Source: Flavobacteriales bacterium (lineage in GTDB: Bacteria > Bacteroidota > Bacteroidia > NS11-12g > UBA955). From it: a DNA stretch of 64,000 nt. This document shows, piece after piece, positions 49,721 through 58,780 of the stretch. Location: positions 70,756 through 134,755 of the forward strand of contig CANMCY010000001.1 of NCBI GenBank assembly GCA_947496375.1, read 5' to 3'. The notes below the pieces were generated by a model. That model had not been told where the DNA came from. It did no database searches and was given only the letters and a program-made list of their open reading frames with translations. Each line of letters begins with the position of its first letter. Positions within the stretch are counted from its first letter, which is position 1. The translations under genes and the position numbers were made by a program.

Positions 49721-49755
49721 AAAAACCCGACAATTTATTGTCGGGTTTTTCTTTT
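49721..49755. terminator. Bidirectional rho-independent terminator between paralog 3 (+) and convergent lysC (-)
   Basis: Stem ACCCGACAA/TTGTCGGGT with loop TTTA, flanked by an A5 tract on the left and a T-tract on the right. Confidence 0.8.
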
Positions 49756-49829
49756 AGATGCTAACCCACAGAAAGTTCTTTAAATCCCTAGCTTTCCTAT
49801 GGTTGATTATTTGGCTATAAGCCGCTATG

Positions 49830-51095
49830 TTAACTGCGTATAATAAAATGGGAGGTGCTACCGGTGTTTTGCTCCAGAATGACCTCTTTTTGGCCTATAA
49901 CGGCATTTTTAGAGCCCTCAGTTGCATTGTAAATGGTAATAAGTTCCACCAATGCTGTAATTCGGGTTTCAAGACCCAGTTTTTCCATTTCAGCAATCAG
50001 GTGTTGCATTTTATTCTCATTGCTGTCTGCCACAAAACTGAAACTGATGGCAGAGTTTTGAATAATATTACATCTAACCTTGAAATTGGCTAGCAGTCGA
50101 AAAATATGTTCCAGGTTTTGTTCCACAATAAAGGTAAAATCACGGGTTTTTAATTCAACCAGAACCTGATCGTTTTTGAAAATATAGCATGGAACTGAAA
50201 GCGCTTCGCTGTGGTTGCTCACACGAGTACCTTCATGCAGGGGGTGAATAAATGACTTAACCAGCAGCGGAATGTTTTTAGCCATTAGGGGCTGTATGGT
50301 TTTGGGATGGATAACCGAAGCACCGTAATAGGCCAGTTCAATGGCATCAGAATAGCTTAGGTGTGGAATGAGTATGGCGTTTTCTATTTTTTTAGGGTCT
50401 GCATTCATTACCCCGGCCACGTCCTTCCAAATGGTTACCGATTCAGCATTGAGGCAATAGGCGAATATGGCAGCCGAATAGTCGCTGCCCTCACGCCCAA
50501 GCGTGGTAGTCTCATTAACTGGACCTCTGCCGATAAATCCCTGCGTAATTACCGGATGCCTTTCCGCAAGCGGCTTTAGTTTTTTGGCGATTATTTTTTC
50601 GGTTTCATCCCATTGTATGCGCGCATCCCTGTAACGGTCGTCGGTAAGTATAAAATTACGGCTGTCAATCCACTGGTTTTTTATACCCATGTTCAGCAAA
50701 TAATGGCTCACAATTTTTGTGCTGATAAGTTCACCAAAAGAAACAATCTGATCGTAAACGAAATCATATTCTTCGGGCTGTACCGGTGTTTCCGCTAGGC
50801 ATTCCAGTTCCAGAAAAAGATTTTCGATATCATTGGTCATGGCAGTGGAATTAGAAGTTTCCAGACGGGTAAGAATGGAATAATGATAATCTTTTAATTC
50901 TTTGATCAGCGTAGCTGTTTCGCCGGTGCTATGAACACATGCATTGACGATTTTCTCTAAATGGTTGGTGCTTTTCCCCATAGCGCTAATAACCACGACC
51001 AGGTTCTCTCCGCTGTGGTCAGTGAGTATATTGGCTACGTTTTTAACACCATCGGCATCTTTAACTGATGCACCGCCAAACTTGAATATTTTCAT
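49830..51095 (-). CDS. lysC: Aspartate kinase
   Basis: MKIFKFGGASV N-terminus, ACT domains at the C-terminus; 421 aa. Confidence 0.85.
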   Translation of the reverse strand: MKIFKFGGASVKDADGVKNVANILTDHSGENLVVVISAMGKSTNHLEKIVNACVHSTGETATLIKELKDYHYSILTRLETSNSTAMTNDIENLFLELECLAETPVQPEEYDFVYDQIVSFGELISTKIVSHYLLNMGIKNQWIDSRNFILTDDRYRDARIQWDETEKIIAKKLKPLAERHPVITQGFIGRGPVNETTTLGREGSDYSAAIFAYCLNAESVTIWKDVAGVMNADPKKIENAILIPHLSYSDAIELAYYGASVIHPKTIQPLMAKNIPLLVKSFIHPLHEGTRVSNHSEALSVPCYIFKNDQVLVELKTRDFTFIVEQNLEHIFRLLANFKVRCNIIQNSAISFSFVADSNENKMQHLIAEMEKLGLETRITALVELITIYNATEGSKNAVIGQKEVILEQNTGSTSHFIIRS

Positions 51096-51172
51096 TTTAT
51101 TTGGGAAAGACGAACTGCCTGTTGTTTTTTTGCAAAGTTAATTATCAAACTACCCCAAATACGAAATAATTT

Positions 51173-52177
51173 ATGGCACTAAAAGGATTGGTTACGCTGG
51201 AACAATTTATTGTGGATCAGCAGGCGTTATATAAGGATGCAACCGGAGCATTCAGCAAAATGTTTCGAGCGTTGGAGCTGGGGGCGAAAATGGTAAACCG
51301 AGATGTGAGAAAGGCCGGTCTGGTCGATATTTTGGGAGATATGGGTTCCATGAATATTCAGGGAGAGTATCAGAAAAAGCTGGATGTAGTGGCCGATACT
51401 ACATTTATAGAAGTGTTGAGCAGGTGTGGTGAAGTTTGCGCTGTGATTAGCGAAGAACAGGATCATGCCATATTTATTGAAGGGTGCGAAAACAAAGAAT
51501 ATTATGTGGCAATAGACCCGCTGGATGGCAGTACCAATATTGATGTAAATGCCAGCATTGGTACCATATTTTCAATTTACCGCAGAAAAGATACTGCGCA
51601 TGCTCCCAAAACAGAAGATTGTCTTCAGCGTGGCTCTGAGCAGATAGCAGCCGGTTATTTTTTATATGGCACAAGTACCATGCTGATTTACACCACCGGC
51701 AATGGGGTAAACGGATTTACCCTGGATGATACCTTGCAGGAGTTTTGTCTTTCGCACGAAAATATTCGCATTCCTAAGGGTGGAGCCATCTTTTCTTTAA
51801 ATGAAGGTAATACTTCTGATTTCCCGGAAGGGGTCAGGCAGTATGTAGCATGGTGTAAAGAAAAAGACAAGGCAACAGGCCGACCCTACGGAGCCCGGTA
51901 TATTGGTAGTCTCATTGCAGATGTGCACAGAAATTTATTAAGGGGCGGTATATTTATTTACCCGGGAACCGAAAAGAAACCCAGCGGAAAGCTGCGTCTG
52001 ATTTATGAGTGCAATACCATGGCATTTATTGTGGAGCAGGCCGGCGGTATGGCCCATTCAGGGCAGGAACGAATTATGGATATTCTCCCCACCGAATTAC
52101 ATCAGCGCTCACCGTTATTTATCGGCAGCACAGAAATGGTAAACCAGGCCCTGGAATATCTTCATCGTTTTTCCTGA
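51173..52177 (+). CDS. fbp: Fructose-1,6-bisphosphatase class 1
   Basis: FBPase class I motifs (DPLDGSTNID; GSLIADVHRNL); 334 aa. Confidence 0.85.
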   Translation: MALKGLVTLEQFIVDQQALYKDATGAFSKMFRALELGAKMVNRDVRKAGLVDILGDMGSMNIQGEYQKKLDVVADTTFIEVLSRCGEVCAVISEEQDHAIFIEGCENKEYYVAIDPLDGSTNIDVNASIGTIFSIYRRKDTAHAPKTEDCLQRGSEQIAAGYFLYGTSTMLIYTTGNGVNGFTLDDTLQEFCLSHENIRIPKGGAIFSLNEGNTSDFPEGVRQYVAWCKEKDKATGRPYGARYIGSLIADVHRNLLRGGIFIYPGTEKKPSGKLRLIYECNTMAFIVEQAGGMAHSGQERIMDILPTELHQRSPLFIGSTEMVNQALEYLHRFS

Positions 52178-52846
52178 TTAGTTATCCAGTACATCCAGTA
52201 AAATCCTGAAGGTTTTAACATCCTTTCCGGGGAACACAACTGTGCTCATATAGGAGATTAGCTCCTCTGCCAATTTTCTTCGTGTGAAACGGTCTGAGGT
52301 AGGGTTTTCTTTGTTGAGCAGCTGCTGCAGTATAACGCTGTTGTTTACCTCGGTAAATCCTCCCGACCAGCCCGTTTCCATAAACTGTTTGTTTTCCTGT
52401 ATTGAAATAGCATGCCCTGCCGATTCGCATAATTGAATCATAAAGCGATGCAGAAACCATAAATCGGGTTCACTATTGCGATAAAGGCGCGAGAAATCTG
52501 TTTTCACGGACAAAAAAAGGTTTTCATCGGGCATGGCATCCGGTAGGGAATTTCGGATTAGTTCTGTGCATATCAGGGCCATGTTATTGGATAGAAAGTC
52601 TTCACGCATGAACGGTTCCGCCGCTTTGATTTCCTTAGCCCTCAGCAGGTTTTGTTTTTCTGAATGGTAAAATACAATTTCCAAAAACGTACCGGGCCTC
52701 AGCAAGGCACTTTTGCCTTTTTTGCCTTGCACACCGGAAAAAATAAATGACAGAATGCCGTGAGACTGACAAAAAAGATGCACTACGGCAGAATTTTCGC
52801 CGTAAGAAATTTTATGTAAAACAAGGGCATCTGTTTTTACCAGCAT
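52178..52846 (-). CDS. recO: DNA repair protein RecO
   Basis: Size and the N-terminal OB-fold pattern of RecO (TDALVLHKISYGENSAVVHLF). Confidence 0.7.
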   Translation of the reverse strand: MLVKTDALVLHKISYGENSAVVHLFCQSHGILSFIFSGVQGKKGKSALLRPGTFLEIVFYHSEKQNLLRAKEIKAAEPFMREDFLSNNMALICTELIRNSLPDAMPDENLFLSVKTDFSRLYRNSEPDLWFLHRFMIQLCESAGHAISIQENKQFMETGWSGGFTEVNNSVILQQLLNKENPTSDRFTRRKLAEELISYMSTVVFPGKDVKTFRILLDVLDN

Positions 52847-53913
52847 CAGTCAATCCAGTCGGCAACGAAAAGGTTGGTTGCCCTGCCGCCACCATTATTT
52901 CTGTTTGACGAAAATACCAATTGTTTTCCATTGGGCGAAAACATGGGGAAGGAATTGAATATGCTTTCAGTGGTGATTTGTTCCAGATTGCTTCCATCTT
53001 CATTAATCATGTAAAGCTGGAAGTCATATCCACGGGTACTCCTGTGGTTGCTGGAAAATATGATTTTCTTATTGCCAGGATGATAAAAAGGTGCCCAGTT
53101 TGCTTTACCCAGGGAAGTGACCTGTTTAAGATCTGATCCATCTGCGTTTATGGTATAGATTTCCATGTTAGTGGGCTCTACCAGATCCCTTGCGAGCAGT
53201 TCTGTATATTTTTTGATTTCTTCCTCGGTTTTGGGTCTGCTACTGCGAAACACAATCTTTTTGCTGTCGGGACTGAAAAATGCCCCACCATCGTAGCCAA
53301 GGCCAAAAGTGAGTTGCTTTTGGTTTTTACCATCTATATCCATGATCCACAGTTCCAGATCGCCACTTCGGGTGCTGGTAAAAACTATTTTCTTACCATC
53401 AGGGGAAACCGTCGCCTCAGCATCATATCCTGGGGCAGATGTGAGCTGATTTTTGATTTTCCCAGTAAGGTCTGATACAAAAATATCATAGCTTTTATAC
53501 AAAGGCCATACATAGGCGCCTTTGGATTCAGGGGGCAGGGGACAGGATTTGTTGTCTAGATGTGTGCTGGCGAACAGCACGTGCCTGTTGTCTGGCATGA
53601 AATAGGAACATGTGGTTCTACCTTCGCCGGTGCTTATGAGATTGGGCCGATAGGCAGAATCGCCAAAATGTTGCAGTTTGGCTGTGAATATCTGGTCGCA
53701 TTGCAGTCCCCATGCCGGATTATTACTTTGAAAGGTAAGTTGTTTACCATCAAAACTCCAGTATGCCTCCGCATTGTCACCCCCGAAGGTAAGTTGGCGA
53801 ATATTTTTAAGATGTTTCTCATCCTTTCCGGATGGCAGGTGTTTCACGTTTTTATTGATGGCACAGCCCGAACACAAGAGGCCTGTGAGTATCAAAAATC
53901 TTAAATAAAGCAT
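52846..53913 (-). CDS. PD40/TolB-like WD40 beta-propeller lipoprotein
   Basis: Lipobox LLCSGC and repeated PD40 motifs (SPDGKKIVF; FSPDSKKIVF; FSPNGKQLVFSS). Confidence 0.7.
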   Translation of the reverse strand: MLYLRFLILTGLLCSGCAINKNVKHLPSGKDEKHLKNIRQLTFGGDNAEAYWSFDGKQLTFQSNNPAWGLQCDQIFTAKLQHFGDSAYRPNLISTGEGRTTCSYFMPDNRHVLFASTHLDNKSCPLPPESKGAYVWPLYKSYDIFVSDLTGKIKNQLTSAPGYDAEATVSPDGKKIVFTSTRSGDLELWIMDIDGKNQKQLTFGLGYDGGAFFSPDSKKIVFRSSRPKTEEEIKKYTELLARDLVEPTNMEIYTINADGSDLKQVTSLGKANWAPFYHPGNKKIIFSSNHRSTRGYDFQLYMINEDGSNLEQITTESIFNSFPMFSPNGKQLVFSSNRNNGGGRATNLFVADWID

Positions 53914-53973
53914 TTGTTAAAAAGGACTTGCAAAATTAGGGTTTATCAGACGATCAAAGAAGGTTACCCCGGT

Positions 53974-55005
53974 TTATTTCAACAATTCCCACGCGATTTT
54001 TGGGAAGCCCTTCTCGCCTTTATCGTTATAAAAATCAACGAAACGCATTTTGAAGTAGTTCCCCTTGGCATCCAGAATAATGAATATCTTCTTTTGATTA
54101 ACCGTGTATTTATTGGCGGTCAGACTCCATGTTTTCCAGTCGTAACCTATCTCATTGAGATAATTGCTTAATACCAGTGATTTGGCATAGTTCAAATCAA
54201 TCAGATTGAAGTCAATTACATTATTTAGTTCCAGTACCTTTACTTTATTAGGGTTGGTCAATACACCCCTGAGAATGTAGGGCATGGTGGTTCCAAGGGT
54301 TTCTTCCGTAACGGTTTGCTTGTAGGTGGTAATCACCATGTCCCAGTTATCTCTGTTAAATGGTTCGTTATACACTTCTTTTTCAGAGGAGAAGTTGTAG
54401 TACGCATAATTGTATTCGTTTTTAACATTGATAAATACATCATTTTTGGGTACTGTATCCGTTAAAAGGCCCCACTGAAAGTGGTAGGAAGAACCCTCAC
54501 GGCCAAGCAGTCTGAGTTTGATAAATTTTTTGTTTCCAAGAGAATCTGCACCGCGATTAATAATGTAAATCCTGTTCTTAGGTTTTGCTTTACCCATCTG
54601 ATAACTTTCCCAGCAGCCGGAAAATGAGAGAGAGTCGGGGTGTCCGTTAGGGTTGTCAAAAGTCCAGGTGTAGCGGTTGATGTCTATTTGCCGAATGTCT
54701 TTAAAATCAGCGTTTTCAATGTAGGTAGCTGAAAAACCGCTATGCTTACCGCAGTTCAATACAATGCTGTTTTGTTCGCTTAGTGAAAATCCTATATCCC
54801 ACAGGCCAAACGGATTGGATGCGGTCTTCTGCGTGGCAAATTCAAACCATAGCTGATTTTCGTAATTTTCGCCCATGGCAAAGGTGGCAGACTGCGTGCC
54901 AACAGGAACTTCCGGTGCAATGTAGAGAGGTTCGTCCTTCTCGCAGGAAGCCAGGCACATCAATACAATTATGAGACCAATCCAGTATGTATTACTCCCC
55001 CTCAT
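53974..55005 (-). CDS. HmuY-family (heme-binding) lipoprotein, long form
   Basis: Lipobox LASCEK; GLWDIGFSLSEQNSIVLNCG resembles the HmuY NWDMALHRYDVRLNCG core. Confidence 0.5.
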   Translation of the reverse strand: MRGSNTYWIGLIIVLMCLASCEKDEPLYIAPEVPVGTQSATFAMGENYENQLWFEFATQKTASNPFGLWDIGFSLSEQNSIVLNCGKHSGFSATYIENADFKDIRQIDINRYTWTFDNPNGHPDSLSFSGCWESYQMGKAKPKNRIYIINRGADSLGNKKFIKLRLLGREGSSYHFQWGLLTDTVPKNDVFINVKNEYNYAYYNFSSEKEVYNEPFNRDNWDMVITTYKQTVTEETLGTTMPYILRGVLTNPNKVKVLELNNVIDFNLIDLNYAKSLVLSNYLNEIGYDWKTWSLTANKYTVNQKKIFIILDAKGNYFKMRFVDFYNDKGEKGFPKIAWELLK

Positions 55006-57272
55006 TTTATATCGTAACTTAATCTTAAAAACAGGGTTCTTCCCGGGGTTATTGTAACATTCATGCCCTGCTCTGAGTGTGGAGTCAGATTTCTGCGGGT
55101 AGAAGCCAGTGTAGTTACGCCCAGGATATTTTTAACCCCCATGCTTACGTGCAGGTTGGCTTTTGGAAATGCTTTCTGGGCGGTTAAGTCCAGTAGGTAA
55201 AAACCCGCTGTGCGATATCGCTGATAGTTTTCCATATATCCTACAGTGGGGCTGGTATATCTGCTCATCAGGGATACGGCAGCTCTTTGTTTTGCAAATT
55301 TACGGGTAAAGTTGAGTGCAAATTGACCATTGATGTATGAACGTTGATTTACCGTGTCTGCCTGTTCCAGCAAATCATAAACGGTGAGCAGTGTACCTGA
55401 CATTTGCATGAAATACCTGGAATTATGGAACTCGAAATTAGTGCTTAGTCCCTGAGAGCGAAATCTTCCAATGTTGATATAGGTATAATAGTTGGTATTG
55501 AAATCAATGAGTGCCAGGTTGATTTTGTTTCTAATAATATTATTAAACAATGAAAAACTGAAAATGGCGCCGGAAGTGCTGGAGAAGGGGTGTCGGTAAT
55601 CAAAAGACAGGATAAAATTATCGGATATTTCTGCTTTTAAACTATCGTTTCCATGAACATTGTGGCTCATATCTACAAAATAGAAATTCAGTTCTTTGAG
55701 TGAGGGTGCCCTGAAACCTTTGGCATAACTGCCTCTGAAACACAAATGTTTCGACAAGTTGTATTTTACCTGAAGCGAAGGAATCAGCGGGGCCAGGGTT
55801 GCACGATTTCCAAATACGGAGGATAGAATTGGGTTGCCGAATCTGGAATTATGCAGAATGCGAAGGGAGGGGCGAATTTGCCATTCTTTACTGGGTGAAA
55901 ATTCCATGGATCCAAAAACTGCGAGGTCGGTTATCCCCGGGAGGTCGGCCGGTATGCGTTTTCCGGTTGCCGTTTCTCTCACAAAATCATAGCCAGCAGT
56001 CCATGAAATCGAATTGGCCGGATTGCTATTGGTATAAACGCCTCGGGAATTTACCATCGTGAAAATGGAAGTGTCCTGATCTTCTGGTCTGTAGGGTGTT
56101 TCGGCTCCTGTAACAAGATTGCGCTTTAGGGTATTCTTGGCCCTGTTGAAGTAGTTGAACGCATTTTGCCACTCAAACCGGCTGAAAGCATTAATTTTAA
56201 ACACCGAATGAAGCGTGTTGTCCAGTCTGGTAGTGTAGTAAACTGAATTATAGCCGGTAACATTGGCCAAACTATATTCGGCATCACTGCGATCTGAGAG
56301 TTTTTCCTGAAAAACAGAAGATGTAAGCCGGTGATGGCTGTTTTGGGTGTTTAAGAAAAGTGACGCATCCGCAAATTGCTTGGTTTTGGGTTTCCAGTCA
56401 AAGCTGCGGGTTTGCTTATCAAAATCCCTTCCTGAGAAAAAATGCCGGCCTGCATTGAAGGTAAATGGCATTTTTGATGTAATCCTTCCATTGACATTAA
56501 CGTCGTAGTTAAAATTACTTACCGCCGACATGTAGTCGTGAAAGACATTGAGCCGCGAGTTAAAACGCTGATTAGACGGGTTTTTGGTGATAATATTGAT
56601 GACACCTCCCAGGGCATCAGTTCCGTAAACAACGCTCATGGGGCCTTCAATGATTTCAACCCTCTCCACATTGCTGAGGATGATTTGCCCCAAATCTACA
56701 TTCCCATTGATTCTTCCGATGACCGGAATGCCATTGATCAATATTTTGATGTCTTGTCCTCCAATGCCCTGCATGATGGCGTTGCTACCCATAACAGCGT
56801 CTTGTCCTACCTGTATGTTGGCTTCATTGAGCAGCAGTTCACCCAAGTTTTGTGCTCCCATCTGCAGTATTTTTTCCTTCGGAATTACCCGTATAAGATA
56901 CGGATTGTCTGAAATTTGCCTTGGCCCTGTAGCGCCGGTAACGGTCACCGGATTGATGAGCATGTTTTTTTGTTTTAGTATTACCAGTACATCATGATCC
57001 ACTGCGGTGTAGGTAGCATCAAAATTCATCAGGGAATCGTTAGGAGCAATGATGGTGAGCTTAAAAGCTCCGTTTTTTTCCAAGAGAAAAAGTCCCTGAG
57101 CGTCGGTTTTACCAGTGATTAGGGGTGCCTGTGGCCTAAAGTCTGCCAGCACATCGGCGTTGGGTATAGGCGCCCCCGTCTCGTTCTGTACACGGATTGT
57201 TCGCTGTTGTGCGAACAACCATGTGCCTGCAGCCAGGCACGAAAGCAATAATATGGGGCGCTTAAAAAGCAA
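55002..57272 (-). CDS. TonB-dependent outer-membrane receptor (HmuR-like; N-terminal carboxypeptidase-regulatory-like domain, plug, barrel)
   Basis: Signal peptide, a plug domain around aa 130-230 (the TonB box was not located), C-terminal aromatic barrel terminus. Confidence 0.8.
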   Translation of the reverse strand: MLFKRPILLLSCLAAGTWLFAQQRTIRVQNETGAPIPNADVLADFRPQAPLITGKTDAQGLFLLEKNGAFKLTIIAPNDSLMNFDATYTAVDHDVLVILKQKNMLINPVTVTGATGPRQISDNPYLIRVIPKEKILQMGAQNLGELLLNEANIQVGQDAVMGSNAIMQGIGGQDIKILINGIPVIGRINGNVDLGQIILSNVERVEIIEGPMSVVYGTDALGGVINIITKNPSNQRFNSRLNVFHDYMSAVSNFNYDVNVNGRITSKMPFTFNAGRHFFSGRDFDKQTRSFDWKPKTKQFADASLFLNTQNSHHRLTSSVFQEKLSDRSDAEYSLANVTGYNSVYYTTRLDNTLHSVFKINAFSRFEWQNAFNYFNRAKNTLKRNLVTGAETPYRPEDQDTSIFTMVNSRGVYTNSNPANSISWTAGYDFVRETATGKRIPADLPGITDLAVFGSMEFSPSKEWQIRPSLRILHNSRFGNPILSSVFGNRATLAPLIPSLQVKYNLSKHLCFRGSYAKGFRAPSLKELNFYFVDMSHNVHGNDSLKAEISDNFILSFDYRHPFSSTSGAIFSFSLFNNIIRNKINLALIDFNTNYYTYINIGRFRSQGLSTNFEFHNSRYFMQMSGTLLTVYDLLEQADTVNQRSYINGQFALNFTRKFAKQRAAVSLMSRYTSPTVGYMENYQRYRTAGFYLLDLTAQKAFPKANLHVSMGVKNILGVTTLASTRRNLTPHSEQGMNVTITPGRTLFLRLSYDIK

Positions 57273-57282
57273 TATTTAAGCG

Positions 57283-58593
57283 TTAATCAATCACCAGTTT
57301 ACGGGTCAATGACTCTTTGCCCGACTGAATTTGTATCAGGTAGATTCCGGCGGGGATGTCATTTAGGGGAATTGAGTACGCATTCCATGCGGCCTGGGTA
57401 TGTATGGTTTTCGATACCAATGTTTTTCCGTTTAGAGATGCAATGGAAACTTCGCAGGTTTTGGCGACGGGAAGCTCCATGGTGAGGTATACCTCTTTGG
57501 ACGCAGGATTTGGGAATATTTTTACAGAACCGAAACTGCGGCTTTGAACCGACAGACTATTGCGAAGTGCCATGCGGTTAAAAATGATTTTCCCGGAGCC
57601 GGTGCCTGAAAATCCGGTCATGTTGAGGAGCCAGTAAGATGTATCCGCTGTTCTAACGCGCTCAATCAGGTAACTCATGGTATCGCTCAGCGACCATACC
57701 CCACTGAAAGTCTTCCAGTTGGATCCGATTCCTGTAAGGTCATTTTTGAAAGCTTTGGTGTAATCGCCCACAAGCCAGTTGCTATCGGGTTTTAGGTTGT
57801 TGAATGTCTTTCCGAACACTTTGGCTGTGCGTGTGCCGCGTTTGCTTTCAATTCCCATCACAGGGTACATTTCAGGTTTACCGGTTGTGGGATTATTGGC
57901 AAGTTCATAGTAACGGTTGAAGGTGATGTCCCATTCAGTTGAAGCGGGCTCTCTGTTCGGTTTGGTGGTGCCGGTAAACTTGAAATATTTGTACATTTTA
58001 CCGGTGCCGATACTCTGAAACAGGGTGTCGGTAGTTTCTCCGGAGCCATCCAGGTTGGCATATTTAAAAACCAAATCCCCATTGGCTTTTTGAATTACCG
58101 GCCAAAATTTTACAAACTTGGTGAAAGTACCCGGGGCAGCACCTGCCCATGCAAGCAGATACAAGGAGTCTCCGGTAACTTCTTTGGAAGTTACATCATA
58201 CGTTCCCCAGCCGAATTTCCATTTGGGTAAATCTGTGTGGAGACTAAAGGCCCCTTTGTTGTGGTCATGAATATCGTTCCACAGCAACTTCCATGATGAC
58301 CAGCCGGTGGTGTCAAAAGTAGACCATGCATCGGTTTTCCCTTTGGGATATTGAAGAACACGCAATCCACTCATGTGGTTGGCTCTAAGACAGTTATCCC
58401 GGCTTACCGAGGTGTGGGCAATGTCCCAGTTGTTTACCATTGCGGTAGATTTGGTGCCTGTTTTTATGTCATAAAACACCTGGGTTGCATATCCGGGGCC
58501 CATGACGGCAGAGTCTTTGATGATGGCCTGTGCATTCAGCGTCTGACTTGTCAGCAATGCCGCAAATGAAATAAAAGGAAGGATGCGTTTCAT
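57283..58593 (-). CDS. HmuY-like protein carrying a T9SS C-terminal sorting domain
   Basis: VNNWDIAHTSVSRDNCLRAN is an HmuY-core-like motif. C-terminal KIFPNPASKEVYL...GIYLIQIQSGKESLTRKLVID is Por_Secre_tail. Confidence 0.5.
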   Translation of the reverse strand: MKRILPFISFAALLTSQTLNAQAIIKDSAVMGPGYATQVFYDIKTGTKSTAMVNNWDIAHTSVSRDNCLRANHMSGLRVLQYPKGKTDAWSTFDTTGWSSWKLLWNDIHDHNKGAFSLHTDLPKWKFGWGTYDVTSKEVTGDSLYLLAWAGAAPGTFTKFVKFWPVIQKANGDLVFKYANLDGSGETTDTLFQSIGTGKMYKYFKFTGTTKPNREPASTEWDITFNRYYELANNPTTGKPEMYPVMGIESKRGTRTAKVFGKTFNNLKPDSNWLVGDYTKAFKNDLTGIGSNWKTFSGVWSLSDTMSYLIERVRTADTSYWLLNMTGFSGTGSGKIIFNRMALRNSLSVQSRSFGSVKIFPNPASKEVYLTMELPVAKTCEVSIASLNGKTLVSKTIHTQAAWNAYSIPLNDIPAGIYLIQIQSGKESLTRKLVID

Positions 58594-58636
58594 GATTTGG
58601 AATGTAGTTGAATAAATGTTGCTGCAAATTTACCCC

Positions 58637-58659
58637 ATTCATCAAACTTATGGATGAAT
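58637..58659. promoter_or_regulatory. Inverted repeat ATTCATC-N9-GATGAAT upstream of the HmuY-like/TonB-dependent receptor operon
   Basis: Perfect 7-bp arms, 44-66 nt upstream of the minus-strand ATG at 58593. Confidence 0.25.
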
Positions 58660-58780
58660 CTGAACCCGTTCTAATGTCATTTTTGGGTAATGAATTAACA
58701 CGTTATTTTCACCCTAAAAAGAACATTGTGCTTGTCATTGTGTTGTAACTTTGTAAACTTTTAAGTGACTGCGCATCATT

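Noticed and set aside
51096-51172. Possible lysine riboswitch upstream of lysC
   Set aside because: The intergenic leader is only about 77 nt, too short for an L-box (about 180 nt), and no conserved L-box helices were recognised.
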